Shown one piece after another: positions 1 to 13,200 of a stretch of 64,000 nt of DNA; position 1 is the first letter of the stretch; the number at the start of each line of letters is the position of its first letter. The DNA is from Tubulanus polymorphus. Taxonomy: Eukaryota; Animalia; Nemertea. The stretch lies in NCBI RefSeq assembly GCF_964204645.1, contig NC_134028.1, forward strand, positions 26,904,345 through 26,968,344, read 5' to 3'. A model generated the notes under the pieces. The model saw only the letters and a program-made list of their open reading frames with translations. It did not search any database and had not been told where the DNA came from. The translations under genes and the position numbers were made by a program.

Positions 1-2337
1 CCGATCGATCGTCAAGTAACAGGTGCGCCGTGGCTTGATGATTGGAAATATACATCCGTGCAGATTAGGCGATAGAACACCGTGCGATTATACATAAGAC
101 AGTTAATAGAGTTCTTCGCCATGTTGTTCTGCGTGCATTAATTTTTCAGGGTAGGAGGTTTGCAACCATTGAAACTTCACCGATAACCTCAGTGTCTGAT
201 AAAACCACGGACACGAACGATATTCTCTCGATACTTTTTAGATTAACTGTGGCTTCAAACCACCAGAAATCCAGTTTCACCAAACCGATTGTTATAGGTA
301 CACTAGGGTCGTAGAGCGACGGAGATCTCTGTAAGAGACAATCACTGCCAGGAATGGGTGATTCGAAAACGTGCTTTCCGGCACGTTTCGTTACAGGTCA
401 TCGATGGTCAGCTCGATGTCGTGAATAGGCGCGTCGTCGATGTAAACTCATTTATTCATGAAGAAAAAAGATGTATCTACTACCAAACAGGTAGAAAGAC
501 AGATTTTTGATAAAACCAGGCAGACGGTACCGACAAGAACTGGGAGATCTGTAACCCATGGTGATGATGTCGAGCTGATTTTGCTTATCTTTAATGGAGT
601 ATAGGATTATAGCGTGGAGGCCCGTAAACATGTTTACTTTAGTGTTCCAGGTTAAATCTGTCGGCGGCCGACGTTTAGGGGAGCGAGCACTGAACAAACA
701 TCGACGTCGTCATATCAGCCGATAATTATCTGCGTCCAGAATTTACATTGCTAGATCATTAGAAAATGTTCCAGCAGAGATTGATGTTTAAAATACAAAC
801 GACGATGCGTGCCACGGTTGCCGTGCACTTGTTCACCTCTTAAGACTGTTCGTTTTTATGAGAAAAGTTCGATAGACAAACATAATTCCAATTTACATTC
901 AATTTGGTTTCCGTGGACTTGTCGCTGTTTATCTTCGATTCGATGAATCATCCAGAATATTGTAAGAAGAAAAAATATCTCTTGTTACGAACGTTTTGGA
1001 AACTGAATCAGATTTGATAAAATACTATGAATCCGTGTTTGGTGATATCGTGAAGACGATTCCACAATAATGACGAATAACAAAGTCCGAAAATGTTTTC
1101 TAGAACTAGGAGTTTATTCCACGTTTCGAATAGTCATCTTCAGGTCAAGGAATCATCTTCGGACTTAATTTTGTCGTTATCATTTCGGGATTCTCTCTAC
1201 ATGACCCATTGAATATTTGAAGTTTGGAGTTTCTTTTTATGTATAACATAACCTACAAACACGATATTATTCGACCTGAGACCATTTCGAACAGAAGACA
1301 AATAACGACTTATTTCAAAGATAATGAGTAACTGTAGGAATTGTGAAATTATCATTCATTGTGACGTCTATGAATACTTCATTGTATTCTACTTAGATTC
1401 CGATTGATTTTGAGACATGTTCTGTATAGATAAACGTCAAAGGCGTTATTTCATTTCTAACAATATTCATCGCAATACTTATACGGATTCTGTTGGGATA
1501 TTTATTGCGCTGTATAATAACGAGATACATTGAATTATACTTACTGTCTCCAGATTAAGTTAAAAGAACATTAAAAGAGGGCAGGTCTGTAGGATGAAAC
1601 AGGGCACTTTTGCAAAATATCTGGGGGGGGGGGGGCTGTAAACTATACTACACAGATCTACACACGTAGTTGAATAGTTGATGATTTAGAATAGTTTGGT
1701 TTGAAGTCTCGAAACGCTGAGAGGAGTGTGCACGTCTAATACCTGTTGCTTGTGGTATTTCTGTCCCGAGCAGGTGAAGATTTACTTTCACCTGTTCTTA
1801 TCTTTGCACTGATTAGTTATTGTTTCCGTTCGTTTTTGTTTAGATGTTTTTTATTACCAGCCGCAGGGTCGACCAGAGTTTAAACGCTATCCATCATAGA
1901 CTAACCCTTTTCACCTCTTCGCCCCTCTGTGCGATTACATGAGATATGCGCTAAAAAGAGTTGAAATTTTAGATATTTATACTACGCCATCCTGCAGCGG
2001 TGGGGATTCGAACCTGGAGATATCGCGAGACTCTTTAGATACCAAAATAGACTCGAAAATACTATATTAATGGAGAACCAACAGTTAGCAGCTAATCCCG
2101 TGAAATATCAGAATTCTGGAATCAAAATTCACTAAGATATCGATGATTCAAAAGTGGGCATTTCCTCCGAACCGGTTGGGGCCGCAATAAAACACTTAAA
2201 GGTCTTCAGATTTAACTTCGAATTTCATATATAAATCCTACAATAGGTCCCTTGAATTATACATGACTTAAAAGTGTACAATTTCCGGTAATATGCCTGA
2301 TAAGAGGTGTTGTGAGAGGGCATGTACCATTGTTGAA

Positions 2338-2555
2338 TAGTCTCGACCACACGTGACTGGTCACCTCACTGACTGGCCATACTTCCAAACTCAGTCATAT
2401 ACTAGAGTTCAGTGGCCTAGTGGTTAGTGTGCACGGCTGGCATGCTAGAGGTAGCAGGTTCGACTCCCGCTAGGGTTAGGGTTACGGGTGAGCTAGGGTT
2501 AGGGTTAGCCAGCTGGTTAGGGTTGGGGAAACGAGTGACCTAGAGCGAGGGTTCC
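2338..2555 (+). mobile_element. Interspersed repeat with ~70-nt head + tRNA-like module + TTAGGG-containing tail (copy 1)
   Basis: A-box TGGCCTAGTGG, B-box GGTTCGACTCC, then tagggttagggtta repeats. Homologous along its length to 52471-52711 in the opposite orientation. Confidence 0.75.
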
Positions 2556-3889
2556 GTGCGATCTACAGCGAGGTTTAGTGTTGGGATTGGGACTGATCTT
2601 TTGGGCCGGCGACATCTTGGAATGATAATCACCTCCTTTGCTCGGATAAGAGGAAAGATAGAAATTAATTTTAATCTCCAATATACACTAAATAACTATT
2701 AGATATATTAAATAACTTCCTCGTTGTCAATATCAAACAGTCCTCGTGAAGCTCACGCGCCTCTGCTGTAAGTCACGGTGGGTTTCAGGTTAGGCAGGGT
2801 TCATTGATAATTAGTGGAATATAACGTTAATTATCAACACCTTCAGTCGAGTTTAAACAACAGTTTAATACAGATTCAGGCATTTCCGACTGTGCCGGCG
2901 TTAATTTGAATGAATTATTGATTAATGAAAGGCAGCTGAGATGTGTTGCGCATCGGTGATCGTTTAATGTGACAAATGTCACTATAGGATGAAATAACAG
3001 TATGAACAGTTCGACAATCAGCTGCGGTTTGTCGAGTGAAATTAAAAGTTTATCGATGGTAAATTTGTTTAGAAATTCGACAGAATTTGTAGCAGATGTT
3101 GCTGTACAATGCGATTATGGTAATACGTAGGATTCATAGATCGGTAGGAAGCATCATGATGTGGCTAATTCGGATAATTACAAAGGCAGTTCTAAATGAA
3201 GTTCTCTTGACAACCAAACGGGCAACTTTAGGGGTTTAGTCCTTAGAACACTTAACTTCTGAACAACTCCGACCCATAGTTAGTTAAAAGAGCAGCTTGG
3301 ATATTGTGCCATGATAGATTTTTCCACATAAAATGCCAAAACTGTAATCACTGGATACACCAGATCCGAGACGCCGAAATAATAACAGGCTGAAATAAGA
3401 GATTATAAAAATATAGAGTCAGTGATGAACTAACCGAGAATATAACTGACCTTACTTCATACTTATAATACACATCGTCACCTTCACCCGCTTGACGACC
3501 AATCGCTGAAATACGAACCCATCAAAAGCCATTCGACCGCGAGCAATAGAAAGCGCAGGTTTCCGACATTCAAGGACGCGCTGTTAATTGGAAAATTGCA
3601 TCATTTCGTCGCCAGCGCGCGTTCAGATATTTCACGTTCCAAAACGCAGGGAAAACAATTTCATACTCACACGACTCGGGATTAATTACAAATAGATTTA
3701 TAGCGAAAACAGCCGAAGAGCAAGATGTAAATCAACATCGCAAGATTAATGAAATATCTAACTACGGTTCGTTTATATCTACCGTTCAATCATTGACATC
3801 AATATCGCGTGACGACGTTCTGTTCGTTTGCGCGCTGTGTGAAGTGTTAATTGTTTGGATTGGGTTTTTGTTAACGAGAATTAAACAGT

Positions 3890-4180
3890 ATCCATGATAC
3901 ATCAGTATACACCAGTGTATCAACGAGTTCGACCTGATACACGTGTATCAACGAGATACATGATACATCACGTGTCTATCAGTGAGATACATGATACACG
4001 ATCGGCATTAACTAGATTCATGAGACATCGGCTTAAACTATAGATTCATGATACTAACTATAGATTCATGATACATCGGCATTAACTATAGATTCATGAT
4101 ACATGATAAATCAAAGACATTTATGATACATGACAATCAATGAGATACATGATACAATATGAAACATCGGTTTCACGATA
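3890..4180 (+). repeat. Degenerate CATGATACA-based tandem repeat
   Basis: Recurrent catgatac / gattcatgatac motifs. Confidence 0.7.
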
Positions 4181-4340
4181 CAGCAGTTGTGGGACCCAAG
4201 GCGCACCCAGTGGCAAAATCTGAAGGTCTAAACAATCTTTTAAAAGAGTATCTGGCAGCGACGAATGTCCCTTTGTTCCGTTCGATTTTTAAGTATCTAA
4301 GATGGTAAGTGTGATCGGTAACAGTGGCTAAGGTCGATCA

Positions 4341-4894
4341 CTCAGGTCGTATACAATCAGATGGGGGCGTTGTAAGAAATAGAACATGTCCGCGATCAGC
4401 TTACGACTGGTCTGCGATCAGCTTACGACTGGTCTACGATCAGCTTACGACTGGTCTGCGATCAGTTTTAACGTTTTTACGTAAACTCATGCCGCGTCCC
4501 CGACTGAGAAAAATCGGCGACTTGCTGTCGATTCCGCTTACGACCCGACCATCTGGCCGGATCTTAAGCCGACGAGATCGTCGAGTTGCGTCACAAGTGG
4601 CCGCGCAAGTCGGTTGCGATGCAGTTGTCAGCGACTGTGTGCGACTAGTTGCTCCCAGTTGCAACAGCACGCAGGTCGGTCGCGACGGTCGCGTCGTGTC
4701 GCAGAAAGTAGAACATGTGCGACTCATTGCGACTGGCGTCGCCAGCAGTCGCAACCCTTCGCTGGCAGTCGCAAGGTAGCGTAGGTCGGTGAGTCGTTGC
4801 GACGCGATCGTCGCTGGTGGTCGCAGTGAGTCGCGTCGCAGTGAGTCGCAAGCCGTAGCAAGGCCGACCTACGCCCGCCTTTAGACGACCTGAG
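4341..4894. mobile_element. Non-autonomous TIR element (PIF/Harbinger-like) rich in tcgc/gcga motifs
   Basis: Ends ctcaggtcgtata / tagacgacctgag form an inverted repeat. Internal tandem gatcagcttacgactggtct and a repeated agaacatgt motif. High GC explains the spurious ORFs here. Superfamily is a guess. Confidence 0.6.
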
Positions 4895-5674
4895 GCAGTG
4901 AATGAATCCAACCAACGTTGCTACTGTTCGCTTTAGAGAACGAAGTCTATATTTATTTTCAGTAGGCTGACGCGATAATCGATCGCGCACTGATTCTCAC
5001 CAATTAATCGACAACTTTCATTTTCAAAGCGTTGATTTGATTATCAGATTTTTAGAAATCTCGACAACTGAGAAATCTTTTCATCCGCAAAATACGATCG
5101 TTATCTAGATCGGGTTTATCGACTTTACTGATACAATATGCGACGTGTGTGAACTCAATATCGCGAGAGTTCGATTCGATCGCGTCGTTTATCATCGGGA
5201 ATTTCATCATCAACTGATGAACATTGACGGTTATTTTGAAAATCTATAGACTCGATAATGAATATGACGCTGCAGAAACGGAAAAAAATGCATTAAAGAT
5301 TTTCGTTCATTTCTATTGAGATTGGAGTCGTGCGCGCGCTGCGTATACAATATCACAAAATCAGGACTCGAACCTACTGACCTGTGATAACATCATCTCA
5401 TCACGGCTACGGTTTTGTATGAAATAAGCCGCTTGTCGAGTATTATATAATATGAATATTAATCACATAAGCCGCTTGAAGTAAAACGGACGGCGACGAC
5501 AAGACTGCCACCCGGATTGACTAAGATGCACCGTTCAAAAACGAGACTATCTTCTAAAATAAGAAGATATTTGTTCATCGGTGTTGAAAAGTATCGAATC
5601 ACGAACTTTTATCACATTAAATAGTTTATGGATGTGGAAGTTTATAAAGACATATGAGTTTATTTATAATCATG

Positions 5675-6092
5675 GGAGTTTATAGACAGGGGTGTTCAAA
5701 GACAGGTAGTTTATAGACAGGGGTGTTCGAAGAGAGGGAGTTTATAGACAGGGGAGTTCAAAGACAGTGAGTTTATAGACAGGGGTGTTCAAAGACAGGG
5801 AGTTTATAGACAGGGGTGTTCAAAGACAGGTAGTTTATAGACAGGGGTGTTCAAAGACAGGGAGTTTATAGACAGGGGTGTTCAAAGACAGGTAGTTTAT
5901 AGACAGGGAAGTTCAAAGACAGTGAGTTTATAGACAGGGGAGTTCAAAGACAGTGAGTTTATAGACAGGGGTGTTCAAAGACAGGTAGTTTATAGACAGG
6001 GCTGTTCAAAGACAGGTAGTTTATAGACAGGGGTGTTCAAAGACAGTGAGTTTATAGACAGGGGTGTTCAAAGGCAAGGAGTTTATAGACAG
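5675..6092 (+). repeat. 31-bp minisatellite (GAGTTTATAGACAGGGGTGTTCAAAGACAGG), ~13 copies
   Basis: Direct reading; the unit is a 15+16-nt dimer. Confidence 0.92.
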
Positions 6093-9000
6093 GCGCTTTG
6101 AAGCTATATGCGAAGACAGCCTCCATTCTATCGAGTGAACACGTCGAAGGCGTGTTTGTAATTTCTGTAATCGTGTTAAATTCTAACGATGTATCGAATT
6201 ATCACAAACTGAAGGCAGAAATTTAGAGCAGAATTCAAACTGGCGGAAACAACATCGAAAAATAAATCGAACGCAGGTTTCAGAGAGAATGAACGCACTT
6301 TTATGACTTCTTGTAAAATGGTAATGATTTTACCCCCGATAAAATGGTGAATATCTAAATAAAGTGATGACGTCTACAGAAGCGTCCTGAGGAAATAGAA
6401 ATTTAAACTTTGACATTTCAGAAAAAGAAGTTATATCTTAAAACATAAAATGAACTACGATCTATAAGACGCAATCCCGATTGTATTTCAGATATAAATA
6501 AAAATGCTTGCCGAATTTATGTCGAGTTACAATTTCTATATAAAATCAAAAATATTCTTTCTTTAATTCAAAATTCGATCTTTGTTTCGAGATCTACTAC
6601 CACCTTATGGGGACATCAATGATGAAAAAGATGAATGATCATCTGAGTATTGATTCATTAAAAGGTTTTGCCCAATTTATGTAGAAATATACAAGAAGTT
6701 GTTTATACATGAAGCCTATAATGATTGCAGTATGTGTTTACATTATTAGTTCGGTATTACTATAAACCGTATTGGTTCTAGCGTCCCAGTAATAAAAACA
6801 AATTATGGCATTTTCCTATTTACTGAACGTGATAATGATAATGCTGTTATTCAATTCTCTCTTCTTCAAAAACGTGTCTATGTAATCTATATAAACTAGG
6901 GGCAGTTACTATAAAAATGATCTTTTATTGATCATCCATTTCTCGCGGTTAGTTCCGACTTTCAGCATAGTTTCGTTTAGTTCATTAGAATAAATCGTTT
7001 AAGCTATTAATGGTAAAATGTAGAAAACTGGGTGGAAGGAATCTTAATAGTTTCCAAATAATTTGTTTAGTAAGTTATGATTTAAGTACAATCGAAAAGA
7101 ATGCGCAAGAAATCTGACGATAATTTCAGCCAAAGGTGTAAATTTCTTACAGTAAATGGTTTATATTTCGGCTATAATCTAATAGTGAACACCAGGCGCA
7201 CTGATGCTGTTAGATTATTAACCCAACGAATGACAAATGAAAATTCTAAATTGTAAAAATGTATTGACGCCTCAAAATTGTGGCTGTTTCATTTTAAATA
7301 CTAATAGACACCATAATCAAGTGATAAAATGGACGAGGCTTGTCATGAAATAACCGAATCGTCGTGGCGTAAAAAAACAGTTTTATTTCTGAATTTCCAA
7401 TAATCGTGCCATTTCACTCTAATTGCGTTATGAAATATGATCGCTTTATCAAATTGAAATATCGCGAACGATTTCGTCATCGCAGCGAAAAATATCACGT
7501 CGTCAATTAGAATCACGACAGCGACGCTGATAAAATGGGCGTGTGTTTTAATTAATGTTTACCGCGTTTCGGCAGCGATTGTTCAGCGCCTGTATTGGAA
7601 CTGTATTTACCGGAGGTAAACATTTTTTTACGATAACAACAAACACCGGTACCGACGAGACCGATCAACTCTACATAGATTCTGCTAGCAACCCGAAACG
7701 TGTTCGATATAATTAGTATTCCGTTCAACGAAGATAGAAAAGAAGGTGAACTAACTTTCAGACACGGAACTCTGTAGTTCTGCAGCCAATAGCGCAGGGC
7801 TTTACTTCATTAATTCACCGTCATTGAACGGATTTAATCCGCTTTCGCGTGTTTAATTCTATATTGAGTCCGCATCAAATGTTTTTATTTGGTTTTCTAA
7901 CTTTCGCGTTGAAAAATGGGAAACTAACGATTCGTAAAAATCGATAAATATCAAGTTGGATCCGACTTTTATAATCTGCGATATCGAACTTTCGGAATGC
8001 GTGTGTCCTATCAAATGTTGATCAATCTTTCAATTGTGTTTTCCAATGGGAAATATATACAATATGATTTAACTGAATATGATTAAAAGTATAGTGAAGA
8101 CTAGGATCTCGGGAGATTTATCAAACTGCAACGTGTCTCAGTGTTTCATATATGTATCTGAAAAAGGGCCGAACTTCCGCCGAAATACGCAGTCATTATT
8201 TGGTTTTTCTGAAAAATCAATAAGGCAATATTTAGTAATTAATAATACTTGTGTAGCGAGTATTTCAGCTGTAAATGTCGAGATTAGTGAGAATAGTTGA
8301 TACACGGATTGACATCTCCTTGGGCGCAGCTGGTTAAACAAGCTACGTGTCAACGATAACAATAACTAATCATAAAAAAATCAGTACATCTAATAACAAC
8401 CCACATGCCTGTCGTATCATACAGCTATCTATCTACGGTTTCAGACGTCGTTGTTATCTGAAGTATGGGCGATCAGTTTTTGAAAGTATGCCGGTAAAAT
8501 GTCTAATATCTGGTGTTTGTAGTTCATTTTCAATCAAAAATGTCTCGGATGAAGTTTTTTTGGTGAAATGTGGAGGATCAGTTTCTAGAAGTGAGCTGAT
8601 AAAATGTCTAATATCTGGTGTTTGTTTGCGGTGCCATTTTACCCACCAGCGGATAAGAATCCGAGGGAGACACATCATACGTCTGGACGATCCAAGACAT
8701 GAACAATAGGGGGCGCCGCGTGTAGGCTGAGGAGGTTAAAGTAATGATCTTTTAAGTGATACATATCATAAGTGATGTTCATTTCAGCGCGTTATTGCTA
8801 AATGATTCGAGGTTTCTATCGTGGATTGAACACACCGGTATTTTCACTAATCCTTGTTAAAACGTACGCGATCATATTCCTTTGTGGGTTTTGTGAAATA
8901 CTGCTCGACTGCAATTCGCACCGTTAGCTGCAAACATAATTAGTTTTGCGGCCGAGGAGCTGTAAATTAAGTAAACTGTAATGAACTTCTCGTAAAATAG

Positions 9001-10163
9001 TTTTATAGTGGTTTCTCGTACGCCTATTGACAGAACGCTTACCACGATTTAGTCTCCGTATTCGTATCACGTGAACATCTTCACGATCGCTAATATGAAT
9101 GGACATTACTGTCCCCCCTCCCCCCCCTACTTACTCCCCAAACAGCCATTCGTTTACATAGTAAAACAACTTTCCACTCACTCCCCATCGCCCTCCCTCC
9201 ATCCCCTCCACTCCCGCGTCAGCAGTCACACGTCTTACAAACGCTTGTCACATAGAGTAGTTACGTAACATTTAAGTCTGATATTAAAACTCGTAAAGCG
9301 AGGCGATAAATGCCGAATATTGCCGTGAAATTGTCTCAAATATTCGTCAAGTGCCATCATCACCCGATCTCAACTGAAGCGATCAACATACCTCCAACCA
9401 ACGCCGAGGATAGACACATTTTGTTTTCTAAGTATATTTCCGATGGATTCTTTGTAATCTGATCACATCGTAGTTAAAACATAGCAAAGCCCCAACGTTT
9501 TAATAACCAACATTGCAATAAATTCGATTAAGACCCACGCAGTCGTGTTGTGTGTTTACTACACCCAGTATCAAATCTACGTCCTAAACCTGAAAAAAAT
9601 ATCATCCGCGTAGTAATTTGCTTACTGGGCAGATTATAGTAAGTACCTGGCGGAATTGTACCCAGTTTGCCAATAAAACCTGACGTCAGCGACTTGAAAT
9701 GCCGACCACGCGATCAACGAATATTAGATTGAATTTTTTTAGCGTTCGATTCGATGAATCATGTCGGGTCACCAGCACCCTCGTTAACGTGACAGGTTTT
9801 TTTATCCGCTGATGATTCTATACCTAAATAAATGTGTACAGTATTTCACTCGTACTAGGAGCTGCATGAATATTACAATTGCTATGGGTTTTTTCTTTTC
9901 ACGAATTTATCAAACGCGGTATTTGATTACGTCATCACCCCGGTGTTCTCGGCACACCACACCGAGACCGCACGTGCTACGGGTTCACAGTACCAACAGA
10001 CTCGTTCTCGGATTGGATCCAGTTCCACGGATTTTTGCTATGTTTGATTCAAAAGTTAAACTCACGTAGTTGATTCCTTGCGTAAGAGATTCTACTGGAG
10101 AACTATAGTTATGGTAGTGGCTGCTAGTGTTTTCAGTGTTGTTGAGGCAGAAGGGTTCTTGCG

Positions 10164-10261
10164 TTAAGCCAAACAAACGACACTGGAAAACAAGAAAACA
10201 GATGACATGAACTGGTTTCTGGGAGTTCCGTGTTTCCCTGCGTCGTGTGCGTTGGGCTTTA
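10164..10261. mobile_element. Short palindromic MITE (family C), TTA-flanked
   Basis: Ends ttaagccaaacaaacgacac / gcgtcgtgtgcgttgggcttta. The same end motif occurs at 24657-24823 and ~56672-56853, with a more distant relative at ~54900-55058. Confidence 0.55.
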
Positions 10262-13200
10262 TCAGGCAGTACTCGGTGGTGAAATGTAAATAAAACTGTA
10301 TCTTACCAGATCCAAGGTGAACGGAACACGTGAGATTGATAGATCGTTTTCTTTCAAGGTTTTAGGAAGATTCTCACTCACAATCAGAGTAACCGCGGAC
10401 TTCAGGGTTATATAAACCAAGGTTGTGGCTCTGGTGACACGTTCATCATTAACCATCATTTTACAAATTTTACCACATTTCAGCTTCATGTCAACAAACA
10501 TCAATGATACACTTATGTTACAACATGGTATCAGGCATACAAGTATCAAGCGCGGTACAGCTCGTAGTTCAATACCAAGCAGTACAATACATACCAGTTA
10601 CAACTACGAAACCCGAAGTAAATTACTTAGTTTTACGCTAATCTGTGGTATTAAGCGGAATTAAGAGTTACTAAGTATATTCATATGAATAAATGTAACA
10701 TGCTGTTTTGCAGTGGAAGATGAACCGGTTTTTAGCGTATTACGGGCGCATGTTTCAATATCTACCGCTACAGAGAATCAGACAGAGACGACAATACCAG
10801 CTCAATGAATGCACCGGGGATTATCTTCCTAGGCGTTAATCCCTTTCTCCGTTCGAGGGCTAATCTCTTGGTTAAGAAGGGAACCGAACACGTGTTCGAA
10901 TAAGATGCAGGAGATTTAATTCGACTGATTGAAAACAAAGCGCGGCTAAATATGCATATAAATCGTATTCCAGTTCCAGTTTCATCCGCGAAGGTCAAAT
11001 TCATACATTACATTAAGTTAACTGAAAAGGGGTACCAGCAACGCTACTGCGGTAAGCGAGAATTTCGCGATGATACGCCAGGTGTCGCTAGTGGTTACTA
11101 GTGGTTACTAGGTGACTGCACATTAACTGGTTTACACGTCGTGAGACCAGGGGGCTGGTGGAAGCGAGTTCGGGGAGCGATACTGGACCCCTGGCAAGCG
11201 AGGATGTTGCAACAACAAAGTTATAGCCCTTTGATTATTCAGACAATATCTAAACTTACCTATGTATATGAATCAAATGTTTTTACTCCCCACAGTGACC
11301 GATACACTGATATCACTTCAAGATTAAATAAATTAAGGTAATCAGGCAAAATTTATCCCCTGATTTGAAATTGGAAATGTCGGTTGCAGAATGTGACGGA
11401 AAGAAGTGTCTGTGATTCTCTCGAATGACTAGTGGTTTATCTCTGGGGTGTTTGACCCGGAAATTAAACTTTCCTTTCACGTTATAAATCAATGTAAATA
11501 TTTTTCAGTTCGATCTACACAAACTCTTCTACTCAATATCTAATCTGAAAATATCGATTTAACCGATTTCATCGGGTGCAAAGTTCCTCAAATAAGTATT
11601 CGTTTTCTGAACTGTTTATATATTGAACTGGTGCTTAATGAATTGGGCGTAAGATCTGAGGATCTCTGTCGATTCTGTAGATACTACAAGTGATCTCAAC
11701 TATAATGACATAATCTCAATTCTATGGTGAAAATTCGAATTGAGAAATGGTTTAGTTTTTATTGAAGTGTCATTTGGGTTTTGTGGATGAATATTTAACC
11801 TTAAAATGACATGTTGTTCTTAGTCTCGTTTCTATCGTGCTTTACCGGAAGACGCAGAATTCATCTCACTTGAAAATTTCTGCCGTCGCAGAAACGCAAG
11901 GGGCAATCGAATGAGAAAGTAAAGATAAGTCTTTTTTCCCGGAACAGCATGATCGGGAAGATGTGGAGTAAGTTGGTCAGTTTGTACAGGAAACCCACAT
12001 ACAACAGGATGACAGTACTACAGACCCGTTGTGTGATCAGAAGACAGCTCGTTATTCCAATAGCATCCCATCTTTTTAAAACTCAGAACTCTTCTCAAAC
12101 GTAACTAGCATACTCAAGCATTAACTATAAATTGCCCATAAACCTAACTAGACTAGAGACTGGATTAGAACCTGGGCCATGTTGTACTCAAGCTCCTATG
12201 TACTAACCACCATTGAGTGACGAAGTTGGTCCGTGGTCAGTGTAGTGATTTGTAGTGACTAGTCTGTAGTTACTAACAGTACCGTGTCATTCAGTATCTA
12301 CGAGACCAGTTTCTTATCCGTTGGTTACTTATTCACTTATGCGGGTGTTTCTGCTGACTTACCAGAAATCCTTATTCTAATTGTCGCGTAGACCGTTCGT
12401 TTGTAACGCCATCTTTGAGTCAAAGAAAGAGGATGGCTCCAATGGTATCCGAATTAGGCATCGATTTCAGTAACATCCTCCATTCAAGATATCAAGTTCG
12501 AATCCCCGGCAAGATTTTTTATCGTTCGATTGGAAATTATGCAGTGAACTCGTTATCGCTGCTTTGTGGCCATATTTACAAAATATTCGTTTCATATGCG
12601 CAAATCTAGGTGTCAGTCGCGCGTTTGAAGCTGTGAAATGTTACATTATCCCAGTATGTGAATCAAACTACTATACATGAATGCGACAATGAATTCAATC
12701 TAATTGAATACCGATATGTCACCTGATAACTAATAGATAGCGTAATTAATCGAAGTATTGCTACATTACTAAGTAGTTCGTTCTCTAATCAACAACAACA
12801 TGATCACAAACTGGATTGATATTGAACGCCTCGGGACTTAATTAGAATACTTTGTTCGTCTGGTTTAATGTTTCATTTCAACAATATTAAACTCCGTATA
12901 TCGAGTTGATATCAATAATTATAATGAAACGTGTTCGTTCTATTCGGCAGAATATCGACGACGATATTGATATCACGAATTGTAATTAAGAATCAGACCG
13001 TTTTCAAATGTCGTAGTTAATGTCGTCGTATATTTATTTGATGAATACTTGAGATTTGCAATTTTATTGACTCGTATTTCAATTTCCATTTGATTGCAAG
13101 AGCTTCTAATTTTAAGTTTATTGATATGAAATCTGAAATTCCACCCTTTTTTATTTTTCTACATTATAAAAATGATCAAACTTCTGTCAGAATCACCTGA

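Noticed and set aside
150-700. Possible exon(s) at the window start
   Set aside because: Open frames of 50-80 codons on both strands, but no recognisable motif or consistent splice pair.
2406-2475. Functional tRNA gene
   Set aside because: A/B boxes present but acceptor and anticodon stems do not pair well; part of a dispersed repeat.
4324-4990. Overlapping Arg-rich ORFs
   Set aside because: Lie within a GC-rich TIR element; no transposase or other motif.
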